From assembly GCA_964291675.2 (NCBI GenBank), contig OZ219865.1:896001-960000 (forward strand): a stretch of DNA of 64,000 bases, written 5' to 3'. Below, piece after piece: positions 48,686 to 58,868 of the stretch; within the stretch, counting starts at the first letter, position 1, and each line of letters starts with the position of its first letter. A program made the translations under genes and the position numbers. Origin of the DNA: Alphaproteobacteria bacterium. Its GTDB lineage: Bacteria > Pseudomonadota > Alphaproteobacteria > MPNO01. The notes under the pieces were generated by a model. The model made no database searches and was not told where the DNA came from. It saw only the letters and a list, made by a program, of their open reading frames with translations.

Positions 48686-48784
48686 GATCGAGTTCCAAAG
48701 AGTACGATCTTTTCGGCTCCACTTTTCATTTGACCCCCTTCCGGGCCTCGGTCAAGGCTCGCCCGATACCGAATCGGCGGTTTT

Positions 48785-49477
48785 CTACACATGCATGTGC
48801 GCCGCGAGCGTGTTTTCCGTCACCTCCGCCGCCGCGCCCGCGAGCACGACCTCGCCGCGGTCCATGACGATCACCCGGTCGGCGATCGCAAGCGCGAAGG
48901 CGAGATTCTGCTCGACGACCAGCAGCGCCCGCCCCGCGGCCTTCGCCTGGTGCAGGAGCCGCGCCATCCGCTCGACATTCTCCTGCTGCACGCCTTCCGA
49001 GGGCTCGTCGAGCAGCAGCAGCTTCCCGCTCTCGGCGACGCCGCGCACGAAGGAGAGGATCTTGCGTTCGCCGCCGCTCAGCGTCCCGGCCGACTGGTTC
49101 ATGCGCGCTTCGAGGATCGGGAAGGCCGCCAGCAGCGGGGCGTGGCGATGCGCGTCGAACGCCTCCATCAGGCCGAGATTCTCGCGCACCGAGAGGTTGT
49201 CGAACACCGGCCGTTCCTGCGGGCAGTAGACCAGGCCGAGCCGGTGCCGCCGGTCGGGGGCAAGCCCGTCGAGCGATCGCCCGGCGAACTCCACCCCGCC
49301 GGATTGCAGCGGCAGATGCCCGGTGAGCAGGCGCATCAGCGTCGTCTTGCCGACCCCGTTGCGGCCGAGCACGCAGCAGGCCTCACCCGCCGCGACCGCG
49401 CCGTCGACCCCGCGCACGACGGTGGTCGCGCCGTAGCCGCCGGTGACCCCGGCGAAGGAAAACAGCGGACCGTTCAT
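48785..49477 (-). CDS. Urea/amide/branched-chain ABC ATPase (UrtE/LivF-like)
   Basis: GRNGVGKTT, LSGGE, LLLDEPSEG. Confidence 0.88.
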   Translation of the reverse strand: MNGPLFSFAGVTGGYGATTVVRGVDGAVAAGEACCVLGRNGVGKTTLMRLLTGHLPLQSGGVEFAGRSLDGLAPDRRHRLGLVYCPQERPVFDNLSVRENLGLMEAFDAHRHAPLLAAFPILEARMNQSAGTLSGGERKILSFVRGVAESGKLLLLDEPSEGVQQENVERMARLLHQAKAAGRALLVVEQNLAFALAIADRVIVMDRGEVVLAGAAAEVTENTLAAHMHV

Positions 49478-51204
49478 GCCGAGGCTCCGACATAGACGGC
49501 GCGCACCCGCTCGTCCGCCTGGATTTCCGCGACCGTCCCCGAAGCCAGCAGCCGACCCTGATGCAGCACGAAGACGCGGTCGGCCAGCTCCCGCACGAAG
49601 GTCATGTCGTGCTCGACGATCACCGTGCAGGCGTCGAGCCGGGTGCCGACCCAGCGAATCGCCTCGATCACTTCGCGGGTCTCGGCCTGCGACAGGCCGG
49701 CGGACGGCTCGTCGAGCAGGATCAGCCGCGGCTCGGCGATCAGCACCATGACGAGCTCGAGGATCTGGCGCTGGCCGTGCGACAGATCGCCCGCCCTCCG
49801 GTCCTCGTCGGCGAGGAAGGAGAAGCGGGATTGCGCCTCGCGCAGGATCGCGCTCGACCAGGCGTGGCTCCGCATGCGCAGGAGATCCGCCAGGCGGGCG
49901 CGGCCGCCCCACAGGCCGATGTTGAAATTCTCCGCCACGGTGAACTCGGGGAACAGGCTGGGCGCCTGGAACTTGCGGCCGACGCCGATGCGGCTCAGCA
50001 GGTCGGCCGCGGCACCGGTGCGTTCCCGGCCGAAGATCCGCACCCGCCCGCCGCGCACCGGCAGCTCCCCGGTCATCGCGTTGAAGCAGGAGGTCTTGCC
50101 GGCGCCGTTGGGCCCGATCAGGCAGTAGATGCCGGGCCGGTCGATCGCCAGATCGAGCCCTTCGAGGATGCTCACCGAGCCCATGCGGACGCGGATGTCG
50201 TCCAGCGCGAAGCCGGTCCCGACCGGACCGGACGGCCGGTCCGGGCTGTCCAGGCCGCGTGCCTGCGGGCGGCGCCACAGACGCTCGAACCAGGGCTCGA
50301 CGAAGCCCATCAGCCCCTGCCGGAAATACAGCACGACGACGATGAAGATCGCCGCCAGGATGACCTCCCAGTAGGAGATCTCGTCCCGCAGATCGGCGGT
50401 CAGGATGCCGATCAGGACGGCGCCCGCGACCGGGCCGTACAGCGTCGCCCGCCCGCCGACCGCGGCCCAGATCACCAGATCGGCCGACAGGATGAAGCCG
50501 CAGAGCTGCGGCGTGACGAGGTTCTGCTGGGGCGCATAGAGCGCGCCGCCGATGCCGGCGAGCACGCCGCTGATCCCGAACACGGCGGCCTTCGCGTTCT
50601 GCACCGCGAAGCCGCAGAACCGCACCCGCTGCTCGTTCTGCGCGACCGCCCGCCACAATACGCCCGCCGGCGCGCGGCGCAGCCAGGCGATGCCGAGCAC
50701 GCAGACCGCGAGCGCCGCGGCGGAGACGTAGTAGAGATCGACGAAATCGCTCAGCCCGGGCAAGGCCGGGATGTTCTTGAGGCCGTTGAAGCCGCCGGTC
50801 ACGTCGTTCCAGGAGTTGGCGATCTGGAAGGCGAGCAGGGTCAGCGCGAGCGTGATCATGGCGAAGAACGGCCCGGTCAAAGTGCGCCCGCGAAACACCA
50901 GAAGGCCGATCGCCCAGGCCAGCAGGCCTGGCGCCAGCGCCGCCCCCGGCAGCAGGACGAGCAGCAGCCAGCTGTCCTCGAAATGGATCAGCGCAAGACC
51001 GGAGAGATAGGCCGCAAGCCCGAAGAACATCGCCTGTCCCAGCGGCAGCAGCCCCGCCTGGCCCCAGCACAGACCGACGCCGAGCGCGGCGATGGCGTAG
51101 AGGAAATAGAGCGCGAGCGTATAGGCCCAGAACTCGCCCACGAGCTGCGGCAGCACGGCGAGCGCCGCGATCAGGGCGGCGCTATGCGCGAGGAAAGAGG
51201 CCAT
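49474..51204 (-). CDS. Fused ABC permease-ATPase (UrtC-UrtD-like)
   Basis: WGQAGLLPLGQ, TGGFNGL, GGRATLYG; GPNGAGKT, LSHGQRQ, LDEP. Confidence 0.88.
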   Translation of the reverse strand: MASFLAHSAALIAALAVLPQLVGEFWAYTLALYFLYAIAALGVGLCWGQAGLLPLGQAMFFGLAAYLSGLALIHFEDSWLLLVLLPGAALAPGLLAWAIGLLVFRGRTLTGPFFAMITLALTLLAFQIANSWNDVTGGFNGLKNIPALPGLSDFVDLYYVSAAALAVCVLGIAWLRRAPAGVLWRAVAQNEQRVRFCGFAVQNAKAAVFGISGVLAGIGGALYAPQQNLVTPQLCGFILSADLVIWAAVGGRATLYGPVAGAVLIGILTADLRDEISYWEVILAAIFIVVVLYFRQGLMGFVEPWFERLWRRPQARGLDSPDRPSGPVGTGFALDDIRVRMGSVSILEGLDLAIDRPGIYCLIGPNGAGKTSCFNAMTGELPVRGGRVRIFGRERTGAAADLLSRIGVGRKFQAPSLFPEFTVAENFNIGLWGGRARLADLLRMRSHAWSSAILREAQSRFSFLADEDRRAGDLSHGQRQILELVMVLIAEPRLILLDEPSAGLSQAETREVIEAIRWVGTRLDACTVIVEHDMTFVRELADRVFVLHQGRLLASGTVAEIQADERVRAVYVGASA

Positions 51205-52036
51205 TGGGCCTGAGCCAGAGAAACAGGATCGCGATCACCAGCACGGTGGAGTAGCCCCAGGTCCGGTCGGAGACCGCGCTGACGACGCTCTCGACGCCGC
51301 CGATCACGCCCGAGCCCGAGATCAGCCCGACCAGGCTGCCGAGCCCGCCCACCACCAGGACGAAGAAGGACTTGAGGATGAAGTCGAGGCCGAGCGCCGG
51401 ATTGACCGGCAGCAGCGGCGCCAGCATCACCCCCGACAGCGCCGCCAGCCCGCAGCCGAAGACGAAGGTGTTGCGCGCCAGCGCGGTCACCGGAATGCCG
51501 ACCGAGGCGGCGAGCTCCGGGTTGTCGACCACGGCGCGGATGCGCCGCCCGGTGGCGCTGCGGACGAACCACCAGACCAGCCCGGCGACCAGCGCGATGG
51601 ACGCCGCCGTCAGCAGCAGCCGATAGGCCGGGTAGTCCGCGCCCAGCACCTCGACGCTGCCGCTGAGCGGCGTCGCCACGCTGCGAAACCCCCTGCCATA
51701 CACCGCCTCGACCGCCTCGCGCAGCAGCATGCTGAGCCCCCAGGTGGCGAGCAGCGTGTCGAACGGCCGGGCATAGAGCGGCCGCACCAGCACCCGCTCC
51801 ACCACGAGGCCGAGCAAGCCGCAGACCAGCAGCGCCAGCGGCACCGCGGCGAGAAAGGGCAGGTCCTGCGCCTGGACGAAGAAGGCGCAATAGGCGCCGA
51901 TCATGACGAACTCGCCATGCGCGATGTTCATCACGCCGAGCAGCCCGAACACGACGGCGAGGCCGAGCACCACGACGGCGAGCGTCGATACCTCATACAC
52001 CACGTTGAGGACGTTGGTGGTGAGGATCGGATCCAT
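51182..52036 (-). CDS. ABC permease (UrtB/LivH-like)
   Basis: GVMNIAHGEFVMIGAY, LLATWGLS, VVGGLGS. Confidence 0.88.
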   Translation of the reverse strand: MDPILTTNVLNVVYEVSTLAVVVLGLAVVFGLLGVMNIAHGEFVMIGAYCAFFVQAQDLPFLAAVPLALLVCGLLGLVVERVLVRPLYARPFDTLLATWGLSMLLREAVEAVYGRGFRSVATPLSGSVEVLGADYPAYRLLLTAASIALVAGLVWWFVRSATGRRIRAVVDNPELAASVGIPVTALARNTFVFGCGLAALSGVMLAPLLPVNPALGLDFILKSFFVLVVGGLGSLVGLISGSGVIGGVESVVSAVSDRTWGYSTVLVIAILFLWLRPNGLFPRA

Positions 52037-52096
52037 CGCGCCCGTCGTCTCAGGCGGCGGCCGGGGGCGCTGCCGGCCGCCGCCGCGCCGGCCGGG

Positions 52097-53281
52097 TCAG
52101 CTGCAGGTCTGGCCGTGCGCCACCGCCTTGAAGGTCTCGACGATGTCGAAGCTCGTGCCCTTGCATTCGGCAAGGAACATGTCCTTGACGACATGGCGGT
52201 TGGTCATCACGGCCGTACCGGTCGGCGTCTTGTACTCCAGCTTGTCGGCCGCCGCCATCAGCTTGCCGGCATCCGTCCCGCCGGCCTTCTCGATCAGCGC
52301 CTTGGCGCAGTAGACGCCGCCATAGGTGTCCACGCCGATCATGCCGAGCTGCGGCGCCTTGGCGCCGGCGGCTTTCCTGTAGCCCGCCTTGAACTTCGCG
52401 TTGGCCTCGCTCTGCTCGTTCTCGAAATAGGACATGGCGCTGTACAGGCCGTTCGAGCTCTCGTCGCCGATGCCGAGCAGGGTCTGCTCTTCCAGCAGGT
52501 AGGAGATCCGCCTGATCGACTTGTCGAGGCCGAACCCGGCGAAGGTGCGGTTGAAGTTGATGTTGTCGCCGCCCACCAGGGTGATCGCCACGAGATCGGG
52601 ATTCTTGGCCTTGATGCGGGTCACCGCGTCCTCGAACTTGTTGGGCGCGCCGAGCGGCACGTATTCCTCGCCGACCACGCTGCCGCCGGCGGCGGCGATG
52701 TATTTCTTCGCCTCCTCGTTGGTCTTGCGCGGCCAGACATAGTCGTTGCCGATGAGATAGCAGGACTTCGTGCCGAGCGTCCTCGCCAGCCAGGCGATCG
52801 AGGGCTGGACCTGCTGCTGCGGCGTATCGGCCGTCACGTAGACATTCGGGTTGCACTCGCCGCCCTCGTAGAGAGGCGTGTAGACATAGGGCACCCGGCC
52901 CTTCAGCGCGGCGACGATCGCTTCGCGCACCGCGCTGTCGTGCGACCCGATCACGCAGTCGACCTTGTCGCGCAGCATCAGGCGGATCGCCGCCTTGGCG
53001 GCCTCGGCCGGCGGCGCGCCGCCGTCGGACGGGATGACGGTCACCTTGCGGCCGCCGATGCCGCCGGCCGCGTTGATCTCGTCGACGGCGAGAGCGGTTA
53101 CCGCCGTTTGCGTCGGACCGAACAGCGAGCCCGGCCCGCTGAGCGCGTAGAAGGTGGCTATCTTCAACTCTTCGGCGGCCCGGGCGCCGGTGAGGACGGA
53201 CGGCGCGACGACCGCGGCCCCCGCACCCAGCGCGCCGGCAACGAAACGGCGGCGCGACACCTGTCCGGTGGAATTCGGCAT
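52097..53281 (-). CDS. Amide/urea-binding periplasmic protein (UrtA/AmiC-like), Tat signal
   Basis: SRRRFV, YTPLYEGGE, GNDYVWPR. Confidence 0.88.
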   Translation of the reverse strand: MPNSTGQVSRRRFVAGALGAGAAVVAPSVLTGARAAEELKIATFYALSGPGSLFGPTQTAVTALAVDEINAAGGIGGRKVTVIPSDGGAPPAEAAKAAIRLMLRDKVDCVIGSHDSAVREAIVAALKGRVPYVYTPLYEGGECNPNVYVTADTPQQQVQPSIAWLARTLGTKSCYLIGNDYVWPRKTNEEAKKYIAAAGGSVVGEEYVPLGAPNKFEDAVTRIKAKNPDLVAITLVGGDNINFNRTFAGFGLDKSIRRISYLLEEQTLLGIGDESSNGLYSAMSYFENEQSEANAKFKAGYRKAAGAKAPQLGMIGVDTYGGVYCAKALIEKAGGTDAGKLMAAADKLEYKTPTGTAVMTNRHVVKDMFLAECKGTSFDIVETFKAVAHGQTCS

Positions 53282-53332
53282 CGTGTTCTCTCCCTGTTTC
53301 TGTTCCTGTCGTCAGCCCCGTCGACGGTGGGG

Positions 53333-54745
53333 TCAATTCCCGGCTTCGGCGGAACGCGGGGCCGGGGTGGCCGGCAGCGCCGCTTCCACCGCCGCGCTCA
53401 AGGCCAGCAGGGCGCGGTCGCTCCCCGCCGGGCCGTCGAGCTCCATGCCGACCGGCAGACCGCCGCCGGAGAGCCCGGCCGGCAGGGTGACGCCGGGAAT
53501 GCCGGCGAGGCTGGACGGGCCGGTATTGCGGATGAAGGTGAGGAAGGTCGGCACCCGTTCGCCGTTCAGCTCGACCGTCTCGTCCTCGCCGATGGGCGCG
53601 GCGGGGAGCGGCGTAGTCGGAAAGATCGCCGCGATCACGTCGTTCGACGCGAAATACCCGGCATAGGCGGCCTGGAGCGCCGGACGGGTCTGCGTCAGCG
53701 CCTCGCGGTAGACCGCCTCGGGAATGGCGCCCTCGGGCGTCAATACGCCTTGCAGCAGCCCCGCCACGTCCGGGCTGGCCACGGCGGCGGCGAGGCCCGC
53801 CAGGTCGAGCGGCAGGCCGCTCTCCAACAAATAGCGGGTCAGCTCCACCACCGTCTCGTACAGCGCGACGGGGAACCCGGCGGCCGCGTCCAGCTTCGGA
53901 ACGTCCGGCATCTCCGCCTCGACCAGCACCGCGCCCGCCGCGGCGAGCGCGGCCAACGCCGCGTCCGCGACCCGGGCGGTCTCGGGATGCAGGTCGTCGT
54001 AGAAGTAACCGCGGGGCACGCCGATCCGCGCGCCCTTCAGGGCCATGCGGGGCAAGTCGTCGGGCGCCCCGGCGATGACACCGTCGAGCAGGGCGAGGTC
54101 CTCGACCGAGCGCGCGAGCGGTCCCGCGGTGTCCCGCGTGCTGGAGATCGGGACGATGCCGTCCCGGCTGTACCGCCCGGCGGTCGGGCGGAACCCGGCG
54201 ACGCCGCAGAGCGCGGCCGGGATGCGCACCGAGCCGCCGGTGTCCGTGCCCATCGCGACCGGTGCCATGCGCGCCGCGACCGCGGCACCGGAGCCGCCGC
54301 TGCTGCCGCCCGGGATGCGCGCGGGGTCGTGGGGGTTGCGCGCCGGCCCGAAGGCGGCGTTGTTCGACGTGATGCCGAAGGCAAGCTCGTGCATGTTGAG
54401 CTTGCCCATGACATAGGCGCCCTCGTCGACGAGGCGCCGCAGGACGGGCGCGGTCCGTGCCGGGCGGTGATCGCGCAAGCCAGGCGTGCCGCCGGTGGTC
54501 GGCATGTTCGCGGTATCGAAATTGTCCTTCACCGGCACCGGCAGCCCGGCAAGACGGCCGCCGCCGGGGACAGCGCGCGAGGCGGCGTCGAGCACCCGGT
54601 CAGGATCGAGATGGATGAAGGCATTCAGCCCGCCGCGGCGTTCGCACTCGGCCAGCAGCGCCTCGGCGTACTCGCGGGCGGAAATGCGCCCCTCGCCGAT
54701 CTGGCGAAGCGCCTCCGATGCCGTCCACTCGGCAATCTCGCCCAA
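53333..54745 (-). CDS. Amidase-signature enzyme (indoleacetamide/mandelamide hydrolase-like)
   Basis: VKDN, GGSSGGS, GTDTGGSVRIPAALCG. Confidence 0.88.
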   Translation of the reverse strand: MGEIAEWTASEALRQIGEGRISAREYAEALLAECERRGGLNAFIHLDPDRVLDAASRAVPGGGRLAGLPVPVKDNFDTANMPTTGGTPGLRDHRPARTAPVLRRLVDEGAYVMGKLNMHELAFGITSNNAAFGPARNPHDPARIPGGSSGGSGAAVAARMAPVAMGTDTGGSVRIPAALCGVAGFRPTAGRYSRDGIVPISSTRDTAGPLARSVEDLALLDGVIAGAPDDLPRMALKGARIGVPRGYFYDDLHPETARVADAALAALAAAGAVLVEAEMPDVPKLDAAAGFPVALYETVVELTRYLLESGLPLDLAGLAAAVASPDVAGLLQGVLTPEGAIPEAVYREALTQTRPALQAAYAGYFASNDVIAAIFPTTPLPAAPIGEDETVELNGERVPTFLTFIRNTGPSSLAGIPGVTLPAGLSGGGLPVGMELDGPAGSDRALLALSAAVEAALPATPAPRSAEAGN

Positions 54746-54853
54746 GATCGTTTCCTCGCGATGCGGCAGGTACGGCAGCCTCCCGGAATCCCGGCGTCAT
54801 CCCGGAGTGTGGCGCAGAACTCCGGGACGCGCCATCCTCGGAATTGAGGATTT

Positions 54854-55630
54854 TCAGCCGCAATCCTCCGCCGGAAAGGCAAACCGCGTGGCGAGCTGGG
54901 TCCGGTTCGAGACGCCGAGCTTGGCGAAGATGTGCTTGAGATGGGTCCTGACGGTGGCGACCGATATCCCGAGCGCCCGGGCGGCCTCCATGTCGGTCCT
55001 GCCGAGCGCGGCCGACATCGCGATCTCCTTCTCGCGCGCGGTCAGCCGGGCCTCGCCCGCGATGCGCTCCATCAGCCCGCCCGGCGAGGTACCCGCCCGG
55101 CCGCCGCCCTCGCGCGCCAGGGCGCGGCGCATCGCGTTGGTGAAGGACGGGCCGATCGCATCCACGATCTCGATCTCCCGGCGCGAGAAGTCCTCCTTGC
55201 CGCGGCCGCGCCAGATCCTCAGATCGCCGATATTCGCGCCGCCGGCATAGGCGTAGTAGTTGATGCCGTAGTAGAGCCCGTCGCGGGCGAGAAAGTCGTT
55301 GAAAAACTCGCTCCGCTCCAGCGCCGGGCGGGAAATGACCTCGTTCACCGAGGTGGTGCGCCGGCGGCGCTGCAGCGCCGGCGTGATCGGGTCGCGGAAC
55401 TGGTAGTAGGACTCGTAGGCCGACAGATTGTCGTCCGACATGTTGAGGGCCACGCGGTCCGCGAACCTGCCTTCCGCCTCGCTCCACACATAGGAGGCGA
55501 GGTACTCGGCGTTCAGCAGGTCGCGCAGCAGGGGGCACAGGCAGAGGCGCAGATCGCGGGACGAGTGGCCGGCCGACAACTCGCCCATGATGCGAAAGAC
55601 GACTTCCGACTCCCTGGAGGTCAGGTTCAT
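54854..55630 (-). CDS. LuxR-type HTH regulator with N-terminal sensor domain
   Basis: LTAREKEI...LGISVATVRTHLKHIFAKLGVSNR. Confidence 0.88.
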   Translation of the reverse strand: MNLTSRESEVVFRIMGELSAGHSSRDLRLCLCPLLRDLLNAEYLASYVWSEAEGRFADRVALNMSDDNLSAYESYYQFRDPITPALQRRRRTTSVNEVISRPALERSEFFNDFLARDGLYYGINYYAYAGGANIGDLRIWRGRGKEDFSRREIEIVDAIGPSFTNAMRRALAREGGGRAGTSPGGLMERIAGEARLTAREKEIAMSAALGRTDMEAARALGISVATVRTHLKHIFAKLGVSNRTQLATRFAFPAEDCG

Positions 55631-55828
55631 CCCGATGCTCCCCCGCGACAGAGGCTAGCCCATGTCCGTTTCGGATGGAACCGACGCGGATCGACGAGGG
55701 AACCGCCGCCGGTCATGGTCGACGTCCTACCTGCCCCATGTCGTCATGCGCGGACCGCGGGCCCGGGCGTTTCGCCGGCGCGGCGATTGTGGCACAAACC
55801 GCCCGGGCCGGCGGACAGGAAGGACGAC

Positions 55829-56137
55829 ATGTTTATCGCGATGAACCGGTTCCGAATCGCGCGCGGCCGCGAGGCGGAGTTCGAGCGGGTCTGGCGGGAG
55901 CGCGACTCCCATCTCGACGGCGTGCCCGGCTTCGTCGAGTTCCGCCTGCTGCGCGGGCCGGAGGCCGAGGACCACACGCTGTATGCCTCGCACGCGCTGT
56001 GGCGGGACCGCGAGTCGTTCGAGGCCTGGACCCGCTCGGAGGCGTTCCGCAAGGCCCATGCGGGCGCCGGCGCGAGGCGCGGGCTCTATCTCGGCCACCC
56101 GGATTTCGAGGGCTTCGAGTCGGTGCTGGAGCGGTGA
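55829..56137 (+). CDS. ABM-family monooxygenase (IsdG/HmuQ-like)
   Basis: MFIAMNRF...FEAWTRSEAFRKAH...GHP.FEGFE. Confidence 0.85.
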   Translation: MFIAMNRFRIARGREAEFERVWRERDSHLDGVPGFVEFRLLRGPEAEDHTLYASHALWRDRESFEAWTRSEAFRKAHAGAGARRGLYLGHPDFEGFESVLER

Positions 56138-56147
56138 AGCCCGGGCC

Positions 56148-57038
56148 GTGATCGCCGGCCTCGGGAACGCGTTCGCCCGCCTGCCGCCGTCCTGGCAGGG
56201 GGCGGCCTGGATGACCATGAGCGCGCTGCTCTTCGCCGGGCAGGCCGCCATCGTGCGCTATCTCTCCAAGGAGATGCATTTCCTCGAGATCTCGCTGTTC
56301 CGCGCGCTGTTCGGCGTGGTGGCGATGCTGCCCTGGCTGATGCGCACGGGCATCGGCGTCATGCGGACCCGGCACGCCGGGCTCTACGCCACGCGCGGCT
56401 TCCTCAGCACGATCGCCATGTATGGCTGGTTCGGCAGCCTCGCCCTGATCCCGATCGCCGACGCGACGGCGATCTCGTTCACCTTCCCCCTGTTCATCGC
56501 GCTGTTCGGGGTGATCTTCCTCCGCGAATCGGCGCATCCGATGCGCTGGGCGGCGCTGATCATCGGTTTCGCCGGCACGCTGGTCATCGTCCGTCCCGGC
56601 TTCCAGGAGGTCAATATCGGCATGGTCATGGTGATCGGCGCCGGGCTCTGCATCGCCACCTCGGCGATGATGCTCAAGGTGGCGATCCGCAGCGACCATC
56701 CGGACACGGCGGTGCTCTACCAGTCGGTCTTCATGCTGCCCTTCGCGGTGGCGGGCGCCGCCCTCGTCTGGCAATGGCCGAGCGCCGAGCAGTGGCTCTG
56801 GGGGCTGGCGCTGGGCGCGGCGTCGGCCACCGCGCAACGCTTCTACACCCGCGCCTTCGCGGTCGGCGAGACCGGTGCGGTGGCGCCGTTCGATTTCGCC
56901 CGGCTGCCTTTCGCGGTGGCGCTCGGCTTCGTCGCGTTCGCCGAGCTGCCGGATCTGTGGACCGTGCTGGGCGCCGCGATCATCTTCGCGGCCTGGATCG
57001 TCGCCGAGCGCAGCGAGGCGAGACGGACCCGCCTGTGA
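56148..57038 (+). CDS. DMT/EamA-family transporter
   Basis: About 10 TM segments, ADATAISFTFPLF, IVRPG, VAPFDF. Confidence 0.88.
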   Translation: MIAGLGNAFARLPPSWQGAAWMTMSALLFAGQAAIVRYLSKEMHFLEISLFRALFGVVAMLPWLMRTGIGVMRTRHAGLYATRGFLSTIAMYGWFGSLALIPIADATAISFTFPLFIALFGVIFLRESAHPMRWAALIIGFAGTLVIVRPGFQEVNIGMVMVIGAGLCIATSAMMLKVAIRSDHPDTAVLYQSVFMLPFAVAGAALVWQWPSAEQWLWGLALGAASATAQRFYTRAFAVGETGAVAPFDFARLPFAVALGFVAFAELPDLWTVLGAAIIFAAWIVAERSEARRTRL

Positions 57039-57057
57039 GGCGCCGCCCCGTACCGCC

Positions 57058-57483
57058 CTACCCCGCCGCCGGGCCCTTGGTCAGGGTGGTGACGTTGCGG
57101 CCGTCCTCGCGCCGGTATTCGACGCTGTCCATCATCGTGTTGACCAGGAGCAGGCCGAGCCCGCCGGGGTCGCGCTCGTGGAGCGGGGCGTCGGTATCGG
57201 TGTCCGGCACCTGCCTCGGGTCGAACTCGATGCTGTCGTCGACGATGGTGACGACGAGCGCGCCGTCTTCGCGGCGCAGCGCGAGATCGATACGGTGCGG
57301 GTCCTCGTCCCGGTAGCCGTAGGAGATGATGTTGGTGAGGAGCTCGTCGAGCGCGAGGTTGACCGCGTAGGCGACCGCCGGCTCGACCTCTCCCGCGGCG
57401 CAGAATTCGTCGATCCGCTCGGCGACGCAAGCGATCTCGGCCGCGTCGTTGGCGAGCGACATGTCCAACCGATCCTCGTCCAT
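57058..57483 (-). CDS. RsbW-like anti-sigma factor / HATPase
   Basis: LALDELLTNIISYG, FDP, GGLGLLLV. Confidence 0.88.
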   Translation of the reverse strand: MDEDRLDMSLANDAAEIACVAERIDEFCAAGEVEPAVAYAVNLALDELLTNIISYGYRDEDPHRIDLALRREDGALVVTIVDDSIEFDPRQVPDTDTDAPLHERDPGGLGLLLVNTMMDSVEYRREDGRNVTTLTKGPAAG

Positions 57484-57633
57484 GGTTCCACCCTTCGGCC
57501 CGGTTCCAAGGATAACATGGTGTGCCCCGGGCCGGAATCGAGGCTGCGCATTCCGTCACGGCGCGCCGGGGAACTTACCTTGCGCCGGGCGATGGGCTTA
57601 TCATGGCCGCCGGCAGTGCGGAGGAATGCCGGC

Positions 57634-58530
57634 ATGGATTCGACCCCCGTCGCCTTCTACTCCGAGGGGTGCAGGCTGGTCGGCGACTACTACCCGCCCG
57701 CGGACGGTGGCGGCGGGGTGCGGGCCGGCGTCGTGCTGTGCCACGGCTATACCGGGGTCAAGGACCTGTACCTGCCCGACAACGCGCTTGTGCTCGCCGA
57801 GGCGGGCTACGCCGTGCTCGCCTTCGACTACAAGGGCTGGGGGGAGAGCGAGGGGCCGCCCACAAGGCTCGCCCCGCACAGCCGGGTGGCGGACGTGCAG
57901 GCGGCGCTCACCTTCCTCGGCGCCCGGGAAGAGGTGGACCCGAACCGGCTCGGGCTCTACGGCACCAGCTATGGCGGGGCGACGGCGGTGTGGACCGCCG
58001 CCATAGACCGCCGGGCGCGCTGCACGGTGAGCGTGGTCGGGATCGGTCACGGCGAGCGCTGGATGCGCAGCGTCAGGCGGCCCGACGAATGGTTCGACCT
58101 GCTCGAACGCTCCGCCGCCGACCGGGTCCGCCGCGCGGCGGAGGGCCGGTCGGAGCTCGTCGCGCGCACCGAGGTGCTGCTGCCCGACCGCCAGTCGGCC
58201 GCGCTCGCCGCCGCCGCGCGGCGGGGCGTGAAGGGTGCGGTGGATGCGCTGCCGCTCGAATTCGTCGACGAGACCCTCGCCTTCCACCCCGAATGGGTGG
58301 TCGACAGGATCGCCCCCCGGCCGGTGCTGTTCATCGCCGCCGGCGACGACCGGCTGGTGCCGCCCGAGGAGTCGCGCGCGCTCTACGACCGGGCGGGCGA
58401 GCCGAAGAGGCTGGTGGTGCTCGACGGCTGCGGCCATTACGAGGTCTACGCCGAGCCCGCCTTCACCCGGGTGATGGACGAGTCCCTGGCCTGGTTCGGC
58501 CAACACCTGGCGGGGAGAGGAGAACCGTGA
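57634..58530 (+). CDS. Alpha/beta hydrolase
   Basis: CHGYTG, FDYKGWGESEG, GTSYGG, DRLVP, GHY. Confidence 0.88.
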   Translation: MDSTPVAFYSEGCRLVGDYYPPADGGGGVRAGVVLCHGYTGVKDLYLPDNALVLAEAGYAVLAFDYKGWGESEGPPTRLAPHSRVADVQAALTFLGAREEVDPNRLGLYGTSYGGATAVWTAAIDRRARCTVSVVGIGHGERWMRSVRRPDEWFDLLERSAADRVRRAAEGRSELVARTEVLLPDRQSAALAAAARRGVKGAVDALPLEFVDETLAFHPEWVVDRIAPRPVLFIAAGDDRLVPPEESRALYDRAGEPKRLVVLDGCGHYEVYAEPAFTRVMDESLAWFGQHLAGRGEP

Positions 58531-58865
58531 GACGCACCCTCATCGCCGGTTGCCTCGTCCTGCTGGCCGCCGCCGCGCTGGCCCATTCGAGGCTCGGCAC
58601 GACGGTTCCGGCGGATGGCGCCGTGCTCGCGGCGATGCCGAGCGAGATCGTGCTCACCTTCACCAAGCGGCTGCGCCTGACCCGGGTGCGGATGACCGGC
58701 GACGGCGAAGCCGTCGATCTCGACCTCGGCGGGGTAAAGGGCTTCGCCACAAGCTTCGCGATCCCGGTGCGGGGCCCGGGGCCGGGGTCCTACCGGGTCG
58801 AGTGGCGCGGGCTCGCCGCCGATGGGCACGCGATGCGGGGCGGCTTCTCCTTCCGGGTCGAGTGA
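58527..58865 (+). CDS. copC: Copper-binding protein CopC
   Basis: Signal ALA-H, TVPADG, WRGLAADGH. Confidence 0.85.
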   Translation: MRRTLIAGCLVLLAAAALAHSRLGTTVPADGAVLAAMPSEIVLTFTKRLRLTRVRMTGDGEAVDLDLGGVKGFATSFAIPVRGPGPGSYRVEWRGLAADGHAMRGGFSFRVE

Positions 58866-58868
58866 GCC

